Notes under the pieces: generated by a model
What the model was told of the DNA's origin: nothing
What the model saw: the letters and a program-made list of their open reading frames with translations, nothing else
Databases searched by the model: none
Translations under genes and position numbers: made by a program
Origin: an uncultured Chloroflexia bacterium
GTDB lineage: Bacteria > Chloroflexota > Limnocylindria > Limnocylindrales > CSP1-4
DNA length: 64,000 bases
Assembly (NCBI GenBank): GCA_963712745.1
Contig: CAVQJC010000005.1
Location: 64,001 to 128,000 of the forward strand
Direction: 5' to 3'
Shown here: piece after piece, positions 48,494 to 57,742 of the stretch
Numbering within the stretch: position 1 is the first letter of the stretch
Layout of the letters: every line of letters starts with the position of its first letter

Positions 48494-48612
48494 TGTGGGC
48501 CTCCCGTTGGCGCGGGCCGGGTTCGCCAGTGGCTCGGCGCGGCCCAGGCGGCCATGGTGTGGGCCGCGTCTCACAGCCTCCCGCTGCTCACGATTCTCTC
48601 GCGGCTGCCAAG
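48494..48612 (-). promoter_or_regulatory. Conserved cassette leader, copy 6
   Basis: - strand GAGAAT..GCGGGAGGC..GCGGCC-CACACCAT-GGCCGC..GGGCCG CGCCGAGCCACTGGCG AACC CGGCCC..GGGAGG..ATG. Confidence 0.65.
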
Positions 48613-48750
48613 CCGGGGTGCGATCGGGACTGATCGACTGGGTCGTGAGAGCGCCGGGCGGACGTCACACCTTGCGCCTACGATGCTCACGACGAACGGA
48701 GAGCGCTGCGTCTGCTGTGCCCGATCGGGACAACGAACGAGACGTGACGT

Positions 48751-49329
48751 TCAATCGTCGCGGGTGAGCTCGGAGCGAGCGTCACGGGGGTAGACCAAGA
48801 GCAGTCGCGCCGGCTCGTCGCCGATCGACTCCGCATCATGCGGCAGCGTCCCATCGAGGAGGACGTAGTCGCCGGCCCCGGCTTCCACGAAAGCGTCGCC
48901 CTGCGTGAAGCGCACCTTGCCCGCGAGGACCACGTGGTGCTCGTCACCAGCATGGGCATGGAAGCCGGTTCGCCGGCCGACCGGCATCTCGCCCTCGAAG
49001 ATGGCGATCTCACGCGCCAGGCCACCGTCAACCTGCGTCATCACCCCCAGTCCATCGAGCAGTTCGCGTCGAGGTCGCTCGGACGCACGCACCAGGCGCG
49101 GTCGCGCGGTCGCGTCGAGCAGGAACCACGCGATCGGGACATCGAGCGCGTCGGCCAGCGCCGCGAGCGTCTCGAGTGACGGCGACGCCTTGTCGTTCTC
49201 GACCTGGCTCAGGTAACCCACGTTCAAACCGGTCAGCTCGCCAACCTGCTTGAGCGTCAGCGCTCTCTCACGACGTCTGCGCCTGATCTGTGCGCCGACT
49301 CGTGGGCGGCGCCGAAAGCTGTCGGTCAT
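48751..49329 (-). CDS. XRE-family HTH + cupin transcriptional regulator
   Basis: LTLKQVGELTGLNVGYLSQVENDKASPSL; HAHAGDEHHVVLAG. Confidence 0.9.
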   Translation of the reverse strand: MTDSFRRRPRVGAQIRRRRRERALTLKQVGELTGLNVGYLSQVENDKASPSLETLAALADALDVPIAWFLLDATARPRLVRASERPRRELLDGLGVMTQVDGGLAREIAIFEGEMPVGRRTGFHAHAGDEHHVVLAGKVRFTQGDAFVEAGAGDYVLLDGTLPHDAESIGDEPARLLLVYPRDARSELTRDD

Positions 49330-49466
49330 GCCTGGAGTATGCCACCACCAATTGTTGTTTGACAAGAACGAACTTGCCCTTCATGATATGGCTCACAGAC
49401 AACAGAAGTGGTGCCGAACAATCTGCGATACAGCAGGTCGGCGCCGCGAAGACGAGGCCAGACGGC

Positions 49467-49835
49467 ATGCGCGCGGCATTCCTGCGCAGCCCTGCTCGAG
49501 CCAACCACCACGATCTCGGCCTCTTCGAGGTCGGATCGTCCGCTCCGCGACCGCCTCGCGGCTCGGTCGGCCTCTACCACCTCGCCTGGGAGGTCGAGTC
49601 CATCGAGGATCTAGTCGGAATGGCGGGCAAGCTCAAGGAGCTCGGCGCACTCACCGGGACCTCCGACCACGCCGTCAGCAAGTCGCTGTACGGCCGCGAT
49701 CCCGACGGCCACGAGTTCGAGGTCATGTGGGCGGTGCCGAGCGACGCGTGGGGTGAGGACGCGGATCGAGCCGTCATCATGCCGCTCGATCTCGATGCCG
49801 AGCTGCGGCGGTGGGGCTCCGGCGCCGCGCAGTGA
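49467..49835 (+). pseudogene. VOC/glyoxalase family protein, probably 5'-truncated
   Basis: AAFLR..NHHDLGLF..GLYHLAWEV..SDHAVSKSLYGRDPDGHEFEV; the first VOC strand/His motif is absent. Confidence 0.6.
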
Positions 49836-49928
49836 GGCGGACGAGCGCGATCAGATACACCTCCTCGACGTTGACCCGACGGGGATCGCGTCGACTGGAG
49901 GCCTGCTTGCGTTGCTCCTGGCGTACGC

Positions 49929-49953
49929 CACGCTCCTGAACCGCACGACGATC
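49929..49953 (-). repeat. Terminal motif fragment of the att-like repeat
   Basis: CACGCTCCTGAACCGCACGACGATC. Confidence 0.6.
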
Positions 49954-49961
49954 CTGTCCCC

Positions 49962-50270
49962 TCAGCAGCCGAGGGCGTGGCCGACCGCCGAGCAGACACG
50001 CCTCATGGTCGCTTCGCTGACGGAGCCGGCGTACGTCGTGAGCGACGTCTTGGTGATCGTGTGAAGGCCGTCGCAGTTGATGACTGACGGTCGGTCGAGG
50101 CCAGCTTCCTGGTGATCGAACTCGACCTCTGCGGCGATGCCGCGGATAGTGGTGGTGACCTCAGCGACGGTCACGAGCGCGCGCACATCGATGACCTCGG
50201 GCCGGGTCAAGACCAGCACGGGCCGCCGCTTGCGGCCGACTTCCGCGAACCAGATCTGGCCCCGGGTCAC
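49962..50270 (-). CDS. PemK/MazF-family toxin
   Basis: GTG start TRGQIWFAEVGRKRRPVLVLTR..VTTTIRG..PSVINCDGLHTI. Confidence 0.9.
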   Translation of the reverse strand: MTRGQIWFAEVGRKRRPVLVLTRPEVIDVRALVTVAEVTTTIRGIAAEVEFDHQEAGLDRPSVINCDGLHTITKTSLTTYAGSVSEATMRRVCSAVGHALGC

Positions 50271-50482
50271 TCCTCTGTCCAGGCCTCTATGTCGGACCAG
50301 AACGGATCGGGTCGCTCGGGACGGCGGCGATAGGCGTCTCGGTCGGCTCGCGCCATCGCAGCTCGTACCGCCGCCTCCACGCCCTCGCGAGCGGCCGAGG
50401 AGACGTTGATACCGAGACGACGGGCCCGATCGGCCAGGGCCCGGTCGAGGGTGAACGTGCTTCGAGTGGACGCCATCGCCAT
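50267..50482 (-). CDS. CcdA-like/RHH antitoxin
   Basis: TFTLDRALADRARRLGINVSSAAREG; GTGA overlap with the toxin. Confidence 0.85.
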   Translation of the reverse strand: MAMASTRSTFTLDRALADRARRLGINVSSAAREGVEAAVRAAMARADRDAYRRRPERPDPFWSDIEAWTEE

Positions 50483-50681
50483 ATGCTAGCACTTCATGAC
50501 AGCATCGCAAGCACGGCGAGGTAGAACTTCAACACATGAGCCTCCGCGAGCCACAGCGCTCGGACCGCTCGGATGCGCCACCAGCGCTGCGCCCCGTCAC
50601 GTCCACGACGCTTGGACCGCCCCTTCGCGCCCAGTCGCGTAGGATGTCGCGTCCGGGGGCGCTCATCGCGGGAGACTCTTG

Positions 50682-51575
50682 ATGCCGAATCGTCCGACCT
50701 GCCTCCGCTTCGTACCGACCGCCTTCATGCTGGTTCTCGCGCTTGGCTCTGCTGCGGTGGCAAGCCAGACTGAGACGCCGCGACCATCCGATGACGCGAG
50801 CCGCTGGCCCACAGCGGCTGAACTACGAGCGACCTTGGTCGGACTCGGTTACGAGTTCCGCGCGGACGGCCTGTCGTCGCCCTGGTCTGGGACCGGCTTC
50901 TGGACTGGGGCACGGTCGGACTTGACCGACTTGCCGTCCGCTTCCGAAGACCGATGGCTGCGAGTCGACTCGCCGGACGAAGCAGCTGCCCAGATCCGGC
51001 TGCTGCTGGCGGACGACGATCGTGTCACCCAACTCCTCGACGTGGGGTCGGTCCTGGGCATCCCGCGACCGGCGCTGGATGAAGCGAGCGCGCTCGTCCG
51101 GGTCAGCGCCGAGTGGACAGACGCACCCGACTGCGCGTTCTTCGAGTGGGAGGTATCCGGTGGCCGGATGGTGCTCTGGCGGGATGGCCTGGCTGGCGAC
51201 TCGGACTTCGAGATCGACTTCGAGCCGCCGTCCTCGGACCAGTTGGTCGGTGTCGATGCCAGAGCGGTCGACGCGATCCCAGGATCGGCCTCTGAAGCGT
51301 GCGGCGCGGCGCTCACCGTCAAGGCCGGAGATCTGTGGTTCCGTCCCGCGGAGGTGACGGTCGCCAGCTCGGGATCTTCGACCATCAGGCTCGACAACGC
51401 CGGCCGCTTGGTGCACAACCTTACCGTCGACGAGCTGGGGATACAGATCGTGGTGGCGCCCCGAGGTGCGGGCGAGGCCATCCTGGTCGATCCCAGTCCT
51501 GGGGTCTACGAGTTCTACTGCTCGGTCTCGGGGCACCGGGAAGCCGGCATGGTGGGCACACTCATCGTGGAATAG
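50682..51575 (+). CDS. Secreted protein with C-terminal cupredoxin domain
   Basis: Signal peptide; HNLTV..YEFYCSVSGHREAGMVGTLIV. Confidence 0.78.
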   Translation: MPNRPTCLRFVPTAFMLVLALGSAAVASQTETPRPSDDASRWPTAAELRATLVGLGYEFRADGLSSPWSGTGFWTGARSDLTDLPSASEDRWLRVDSPDEAAAQIRLLLADDDRVTQLLDVGSVLGIPRPALDEASALVRVSAEWTDAPDCAFFEWEVSGGRMVLWRDGLAGDSDFEIDFEPPSSDQLVGVDARAVDAIPGSASEACGAALTVKAGDLWFRPAEVTVASSGSSTIRLDNAGRLVHNLTVDELGIQIVVAPRGAGEAILVDPSPGVYEFYCSVSGHREAGMVGTLIVE

Positions 51576-51632
51576 GAAAGAGGCGCACCGGCTCGTGGCC
51601 AGCGCGCCCCTGACAAAGCGCTTCCAGGATCC

Positions 51633-52784
51633 CTATTGGATGCTGACGAGCCCCCCCGCTCCTGGCGGGCAGCCGGTGCACGTCGAGACGTAGACCGTGC
51701 CATCTTCGGCGATGGCCATCCCGCCGGGCATCGGCAGACCATCGCTGGTGATGAGCTCTGCGGATCCACCTCCAGCGGGGACCTGCCACAGGCCACCCAT
51801 CGGCGGTCCGCCTTCTCCGGCACTCATGAGCCCTTCGTGGGCCATCTCGAGCACGTAGAGCGTGCCATCGGCACCAAACTCCACGTCGATGATATTGGTG
51901 AAGCCGTCGGCATACACGGTGGGGTCCTCCCCAGGTGCGACGCGGAACACCGCGGCGCCGCCCATAGGGAAGGGGAATCCGGTCAACTGGCCGACATAGA
52001 GGGCATCGTCATCGCCGAGCGCCACAGAGGTCGGGACCGGGTCCATCGGGATCATGGGCGGCTCTGCGGCCGGATCGGGCTCCGCTTCAGGGTCGGGCGG
52101 AGCCGGCTGCATGACGACCGGCATGACGGCCAGAGTCGAGATCGAACCCTCAGCATCCACGAGGAGAAGGGTGTTCGCGCCCGCGTCGGCGACGGCCACG
52201 CCGTCGGCTGTCGCCACCATGCCGTTGGCATTGGAGTCGGGCTCGGCGTTCCCCGGCTGGTCGGCGTCGGGGTTCTCGCTCGTCTCGTAGGCGGCCAGGT
52301 CGGCCACGCTCTGGGCCATGCCGTCAGCGTCGATGCGGTAGAGCTGACCCATGCCTGCTCCGGCCCCATCGGGGATGCTTTCGCGGAACTCAGCGGCCCC
52401 CAAGGTCGGGCCCCCGACCAGGAACCAGATGGTCCCGTCGGCATCCACGGTGACGTCGGATGGTCCGATCGCTTCCCCGGCGTCAGAGAGCCCCGAGGCC
52501 AAGCCCTCTACGATGTGCGATGCCTCGCCCCCGGAGACAGCGATGATGCTTCCGCTGGCACCGAAACACATGTTGCCGAGCTCCTCGAGCGTCGCACACG
52601 ACTCGGTACCGCCTGCCCCCGCTTCAGCGATGTAGACCGTGCCATCCGCGCCGATGGCGACGCCGCGCGGCGAGTTGAAACCCCCGGCCACCTCGGTGAT
52701 CGTGGGCCCCTGTGCCGCGGCTGGCGCAGCCACCGCCATGACCATGGCGACCCCCATCGCAATCCCCCTGCCGGTTCCGTGCAT
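51633..52784 (-). CDS. ScyD/ScyE family beta-propeller protein
   Basis: NSPRGVAIGADGTVYIAEAG, VADAGANTL, PVPTSVALG, YVGQLTGFPF. Confidence 0.82.
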   Translation of the reverse strand: MHGTGRGIAMGVAMVMAVAAPAAAQGPTITEVAGGFNSPRGVAIGADGTVYIAEAGAGGTESCATLEELGNMCFGASGSIIAVSGGEASHIVEGLASGLSDAGEAIGPSDVTVDADGTIWFLVGGPTLGAAEFRESIPDGAGAGMGQLYRIDADGMAQSVADLAAYETSENPDADQPGNAEPDSNANGMVATADGVAVADAGANTLLLVDAEGSISTLAVMPVVMQPAPPDPEAEPDPAAEPPMIPMDPVPTSVALGDDDALYVGQLTGFPFPMGGAAVFRVAPGEDPTVYADGFTNIIDVEFGADGTLYVLEMAHEGLMSAGEGGPPMGGLWQVPAGGGSAELITSDGLPMPGGMAIAEDGTVYVSTCTGCPPGAGGLVSIQ

Positions 52785-52931
52785 GAACACCTCATCTGGT
52801 CGGTATGGTCGGACCCCGGTAGCTCACCGACAACGCTCATCCGAGGCCGGACATACTGGGGCTCCAACTGGGGCTCTCAGTTTCGAATGTCTACCCCGTC
52901 GGTACACTTTTGACAGCCACCGGGACGGCGG

Positions 52932-53642
52932 TCATGGGCCTTCAGCGTTTCGGCCCTCCGGCCGGTGTGGGGCCTCAGCCATCACGCGCGGCCGAAGCGG
53001 GCCTTCCACGCCGATAGCGGCGCGGATCAGGACCTGCACGGCCCAGTGGACCGCGTAGCCGGCCTCGCGCGCATCGAGGTCGATGTCAGCCTCACGAAGC
53101 CGGCTCCAGGTCTCGCTCCCGAGCAGCAAGCGCACCAACGCAGCCAACTGCCGGGCGGTCGCCGCTTCGACACCATCGGTCTCGGCGATGGCACGCTGCA
53201 CGAGTCTGGTTCGCTCGTCGCGCGTGCGGCCATCGAACCCGGTCATACCAAGCAGTCTGGCCGCGTGCACCAACGGAGCGTGTCTGTCGAACACCTCGAA
53301 CGTTGAGGCGACCACGTCGGGGTTCGAGTCCAGCATGGCCAGGGAGCCGGCCTGGCGCAGCAACTCCCGGTCGAGCTCGCTGGCCTCGTTGTCCCTGATG
53401 GACTCGATGATGGCTTCGCGGTTGGGGAAGTAGCGATAGAGCGTGCGGGTGGACACGCCCGCGGCCGAAGCGAGATCGTGGAAGGTGAAGCCGTCGACAC
53501 CTCGCTCGATGACCAGACGGATGAACTGGGAGCGGAGTTCGCGACGGACCTGCTCGGCCTGTCGCTCACGTAGCGTGAGCGTGCGCTTGCCAGCGCCCTC
53601 GGGTTCAGGATCGGTCCGTCGCTCGTTCGTCTCCCCCGTCAT
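52932..53642 (-). CDS. TetR/AcrR family regulator
   Basis: FTFHDLASAAGVSTRTLYRYFPNRE. Confidence 0.88.
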   Translation of the reverse strand: MTGETNERRTDPEPEGAGKRTLTLRERQAEQVRRELRSQFIRLVIERGVDGFTFHDLASAAGVSTRTLYRYFPNREAIIESIRDNEASELDRELLRQAGSLAMLDSNPDVVASTFEVFDRHAPLVHAARLLGMTGFDGRTRDERTRLVQRAIAETDGVEAATARQLAALVRLLLGSETWSRLREADIDLDAREAGYAVHWAVQVLIRAAIGVEGPLRPRVMAEAPHRPEGRNAEGP

Positions 53643-53801
53643 CGCTTCCGGCCTGCTTCGATGCCGGATCGGCCGGTCGCGGCGGGACCTCGGTGCCTTC
53701 GGCGGTGACCACGAACCCCTCGATCATGCCCCATGCCGAGACCTCCTCCCCTGCTCCCTGGCGCCGGCGCCCGTGCAGTGTGTGTGGCTGGTTGCGCCAG
53801 T

Positions 53802-53820
53802 ATGGCACACTGTGTGTCAT
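53802..53820. promoter_or_regulatory. Putative TetR operator palindrome
   Basis: ATGGCACAC-T-GTGTGTCAT (one mismatch) between divergent tetR and PEP-utiliser genes. Confidence 0.5.
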
Positions 53821-53859
53821 GGGGGCAAGACTCGTGCCAAGTCGAAAGGACGCGGACCG

Positions 53860-55335
53860 ATGGACGCAAAGCCAGCGAGCCTGCCCGACCAGTCTTCGTG
53901 GGAACCACCCGCAGCAGGTGTGTACACACGCTCGCTTCGCTTTGGCGAGTGGATCTCCGAGCCTGTCACCCCGCTCTTCGAGTCGTGGCTCCTGAGCCGG
54001 ATGGAGGAGCGCTTCCACGCGAGCCTTCGGATCCTCATCGGACAGCGTGCCCCACGGCCGTATCACGTCCTCGTCAACGGCTGGTACTACTACTCGCTGA
54101 ACTGGATGAGCGGCGGCGCGTGGTTGCGCAACCTGCCGAGCATGGTGATGACAGGGCTTCGTTCGCCGCGACACCTCGCCGGCATCATCCCTCCCACCGT
54201 CAAGTACAGCATCCCGGTCACCGAACGTGTCTGGCGGGAGGACGTCCAGCCTCGGTATCGGGACGCCGTTGCCCGGGCTGACGAGCAGGTGGAGAGCCTC
54301 CCCGATGAGGATCTGCCCCAACTCATCGACGACCTCTCGGACCTCGCGGGCGACTACTTCACCTCGATGGCCTCGTTTGGAGGCGCCGCCTACAAGATGG
54401 AGATGAACCTCGCCCGCTTCTATCGACGGCACCTGGCGCCGTCCCTCGGCGGCAGTCACCTGTCACTCCTGGTGGGTCTCGAAGCGCCCACAGGTCCCGA
54501 CAGCCACGCGGTGGCGTCGCTGGATTGGTGGTTCGAGCCCTCCGGGCAGCAGTCCGCACCCCCAGCCTTCCCCGGCCATCACGCCCGTGTCGTGGCCAAC
54601 CGAGAAGCAGCCGAGAACGCCGCGTTCGCCGCACTCGCCGCATCGCCCCGGCGCCTCGAGGACTTTCGCAGGCTGCTGTCGGAGGCACAGCGCCTGGTGC
54701 CGCTGCGGGAAGCGCAAGCTCGCGAGCTGACCCTGTCCTGGCCAGCGATGAGGCGCGCCGTGCTCCGTATCGGCCAGCACCTGGTGGCCAAGGCGATGAT
54801 CCCCGCACCTGACGATGTGTTCTTTCTGCGGCGGACCGAGGTACTCGATGGCATGGCCGCGGATGCTCCTGCGGCAGTGGACGCGGCCGGCCGTCGAGAG
54901 CTGCGCAAGGCGCAGGCAGCGCTGCTACCGCCGCTGCATGTCGGCCGTATGGGCGCGGGGATGCGACGGATGATCGAGACGTTCCCGCGGTTCGTGGGCG
55001 CCGTTCCCGCCGATCAGGCGATCATCTCCGGGACCCCGGTGTCGCCGGGGCGTGCCACCGGCATGGTCCGAGTCATCCGCGGACCTGCGGACTTCGACCA
55101 GTTGCAGCAGGGTGAGATCCTCGTCGCACCCCTGACTGCTCCGGCCTGGACACCGCTCTTCCTGCGGGCTGCGGGGGTGGTGACCGACGTCGGGAGCGCC
55201 GCTTCGCACGCATCGATCGTCGCGCGCGAATACGGGATCCCCGCCATCGTCGGCTGTGGGGATGCGACCTCGCGCCTCGAGACGGGAATGGCAGTGATGG
55301 TGGACGGAACCACCGGCAACGTAGAGAAGGTCTGA
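53860..55335 (+). CDS. PEP-utilising enzyme with phosphohistidine mobile domain
   Basis: GTPVSPGRATG, GEILVAPLTAPAWTPLF, GSAASHASIVAREYGIPA. Confidence 0.85.
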   Translation: MDAKPASLPDQSSWEPPAAGVYTRSLRFGEWISEPVTPLFESWLLSRMEERFHASLRILIGQRAPRPYHVLVNGWYYYSLNWMSGGAWLRNLPSMVMTGLRSPRHLAGIIPPTVKYSIPVTERVWREDVQPRYRDAVARADEQVESLPDEDLPQLIDDLSDLAGDYFTSMASFGGAAYKMEMNLARFYRRHLAPSLGGSHLSLLVGLEAPTGPDSHAVASLDWWFEPSGQQSAPPAFPGHHARVVANREAAENAAFAALAASPRRLEDFRRLLSEAQRLVPLREAQARELTLSWPAMRRAVLRIGQHLVAKAMIPAPDDVFFLRRTEVLDGMAADAPAAVDAAGRRELRKAQAALLPPLHVGRMGAGMRRMIETFPRFVGAVPADQAIISGTPVSPGRATGMVRVIRGPADFDQLQQGEILVAPLTAPAWTPLFLRAAGVVTDVGSAASHASIVAREYGIPAIVGCGDATSRLETGMAVMVDGTTGNVEKV

Positions 55336-55501
55336 ATCGGAGCTGGCGGACTGCCAGGGATTGATCGGACCGCCCAGGCTCGCGAACCACCTGATGACAG
55401 CAGACCGATCGATCTTGCATAGGTCATGCAACGGGCTCGCCTGGTCTCTCGAGCAGCGTCGGCGGGATCGAGGAATGACGGTGACCGATGGAGGAGCGGG
55501 C

Positions 55502-55771
55502 TCAGGCGGGGGCCGCGGCGAGCACGACTCCGATCACTACGGCCGTGGCAGTACCGGCCACCATCCAGAGCATGCGGCCGCGCGGGAGCAGCGGCTCGGA
55601 GACCACCACCCGCTGGAAGTGGGTCTCGTACTCGGTGCCTCGATAGCGCTCGGTGAACGACTGGCTGCTGGGCTTGGTGATGCCGGACCGGTCGGCCGGG
55701 ATAGTGGTGATCCGGTGCTGGTTCTCGAGGATGCGGGTGCGCAGCGACGGATAGGTACGCGCGAGCGACAT
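55502..55771 (-). CDS. Small hypothetical protein with C-terminal TM
   Basis: AGGAG RBS before ATG 55771; hydrophobic C-terminus. Confidence 0.35.
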   Translation of the reverse strand: MSLARTYPSLRTRILENQHRITTIPADRSGITKPSSQSFTERYRGTEYETHFQRVVVSEPLLPRGRMLWMVAGTATAVVIGVVLAAAPA

Positions 55772-56189
55772 GGGTTCTGACTCCTGCATCAGGTGGAGAG
55801 GTCCTGGATGCCTGCTCGGGAGACGAGCCTTGAAGGCGTCTGCCGACAGTTGTAGCAGCGAACCGGGACAGAGGTAAGCCCCACCAACTACGCCCAACCG
55901 GGACACACTGCCCAATCTGCTGGGACTGTCGTCATCCCCCCGGTTACCTCTGCCAGCCTCCTGGCGTGCCGAGGGCTCGCAGCACTCCCAGAGGCGCCTC
56001 AAGCTCGCCAGCCAGGACCATCACTCGAGGGACGGCGCCTCACGCTGCCGGTGGTGAAGAGCTCGACGAGGATCGGATCGACCTGGTCGAACTCGTCAGC
56101 GTTCACGACGTCGTCGACCATGTCGTGCTCCTGCGCATGGCATCAGCAGGCTTCATCGTCGAGTTGGCGGCACAGACCCTCCGGCAGCC

Positions 56190-56408
56190 CTACTCCGACG
56201 ACAGCATCTCGGCGAACGGGGCGAACACCGGGTCGATCGCCCCCAGCGCCTTGGCGACCACCCCGAGGTCCGAGCAGGTGGTCGTGAAGGCGACCGCGCT
56301 CAGGCCGCTATCGGGGTCCTGGCCGACCAGGCCACCCAGCCGATGGCCTCGCCTTCGTGACCGACCAGGTCGCCGAGCTTCATGATGCCGAGGCCGTACT
56401 GCAGATCG
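56190..56408 (-). pseudogene. 3' fragment duplicate of the serine hydrolase (21718-21937)
   Basis: Near-identical DNA from the stop codon to DLQYGLGIMKLG. Confidence 0.85.
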
Positions 56409-56588
56409 TGACCGGACGGGTCGATGTCAGGTCATTACGAATTCTCTACTGTGTTGACGCAGCGGCGCCGGCTCATCACCTTTGGTCCGTCCGTTGTGCG
56501 GAAGAGGCACGGGGACGATGACAAGGACAGTCGAGGATTCGTCGGCCGGCCCGACGAATGGCGGGGGCCATGCCGTGTGGAGGACACC

Positions 56589-56906
56589 ATGGGCTTCGGA
56601 TTCCACTACCACAAGATCCTCCGGGCAGGCGAGGCCTCCGAACTCAAGCGTCGCCATGAGCATGCGCGTGCGCTCAAGGAGAGTGCGAGGTGGACGCCGG
56701 AACCAAGACGACGAGACGCGATGAAGGACCGCATCACGGCCCTACGTGGACGTCGGGAACCCCAGTTCGATCTGCCGCCGTCGCCGACTGCCGATGGGCA
56801 CGAACTGACCCAGGCCATATGTCGTCTTGGCGATGGGTCGATGGGCCGCATCGCTATCGTCCGCCAGTCCGCCGAGGAGTGGACGGCTGTTTGCGTCAAG
56901 CCTTGA
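56589..56906 (+). CDS. Hypothetical protein
   Basis: GGAGG RBS; MGFGFHYHKIL..ICRLGDGSMGRIAIV..WTAVCVKP; stop abuts the repeat half. Confidence 0.55.
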   Translation: MGFGFHYHKILRAGEASELKRRHEHARALKESARWTPEPRRRDAMKDRITALRGRREPQFDLPPSPTADGHELTQAICRLGDGSMGRIAIVRQSAEEWTAVCVKP

Positions 56907-56977
56907 CTCGTGCGTGGATAGGGTACACAGCGCGCTTCGATAGCAGCAGATGCGAGGCCTACAGCGTTCGAACCGCG
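56906..56977 (-). repeat. Right (promoter) half of the att-like repeat
   Basis: TCGTGCGTGGATAGGGTACACAGCGCG..GGCCTACAGCGTTCGAACCGC. Confidence 0.85.
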
Positions 56978-57234
56978 CAACCATGACCGATCGCCTTAGG
57001 TCGATGGGGGCCAGCGTGCGGTCTACGGGTCTCCATCGAGGAAGCCGGCCCCTGACCACGGCCAGCTGATCAGGCTCATCAAGCTGCGGGGAGTCACCAG
57101 AATCGGTGATCACTTCGAATCGGGCTTCCGCTCAGCCGCCAGCTGGGCCATGGCGTCACCCACCCGCCGGCGCGGACGCAGACCATGGAGACCGGTCACC
57201 GAAAGCGCATGGTGCGGGCCGCCGTCGGTAGTTA

Positions 57235-57516
57235 TCAGCCTGGCTCGGCCCAGGCCTCCTCAGCCTCGGTCTCCATCTTCTTGAGGCGCGTGTAGTAGTC
57301 CGGGAATTCCTTGAGATGTGCGAGCGCGATCTTGCCCGTCACGATCGGATCGCTGCCGCTCACGTTGGTCTGCGAGTCGTGCGTTCCGTGCTCCAGTTCG
57401 ACATCGAGGCCCTCTCGGAACTGATCCACGTCGAATGGGCTGGTGTCCCAGTCGATACCGATCTCAGTCCCGATCCGACGGGCTTCTTCGGCGGTGAAGT
57501 GTTCGTCCGTTGTCAT
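57235..57516 (-). CDS. DUF5661-like small protein (duplicate of 45073-45354)
   Basis: Protein differs by one residue. Confidence 0.8.
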   Translation of the reverse strand: MTTDEHFTAEEARRIGTEIGIDWDTSPFDVDQFREGLDVELEHGTHDSQTNVSGSDPIVTGKIALAHLKEFPDYYTRLKKMETEAEEAWAEPG

Positions 57517-57742
57517 CGATCCTCCTCAAGAGCCAGCAGGACGCGTGACTCACTCGAGCAGCGTACTACCCGGGTATCCGTGCTCGGGCCGACGGGGGTG
57601 CGAGTCCCCCTGGATGAGGGTCGGCTTTGTCTCGCGCCTAGAATCGAAGGAGGGCCGGACAGCACTCGCAAGACGCGGCTCACGGTGGCGAGGACGAGAG
57701 TCCTGGTCTCGGGAACGGACCGGCCTCGGGGGAGGTGGAGCG

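Noticed and set aside
50552-50568. CACAGCGCTCGGACCGC as a further repeat end
   Set aside because: Match too short and degenerate to call in high-GC sequence
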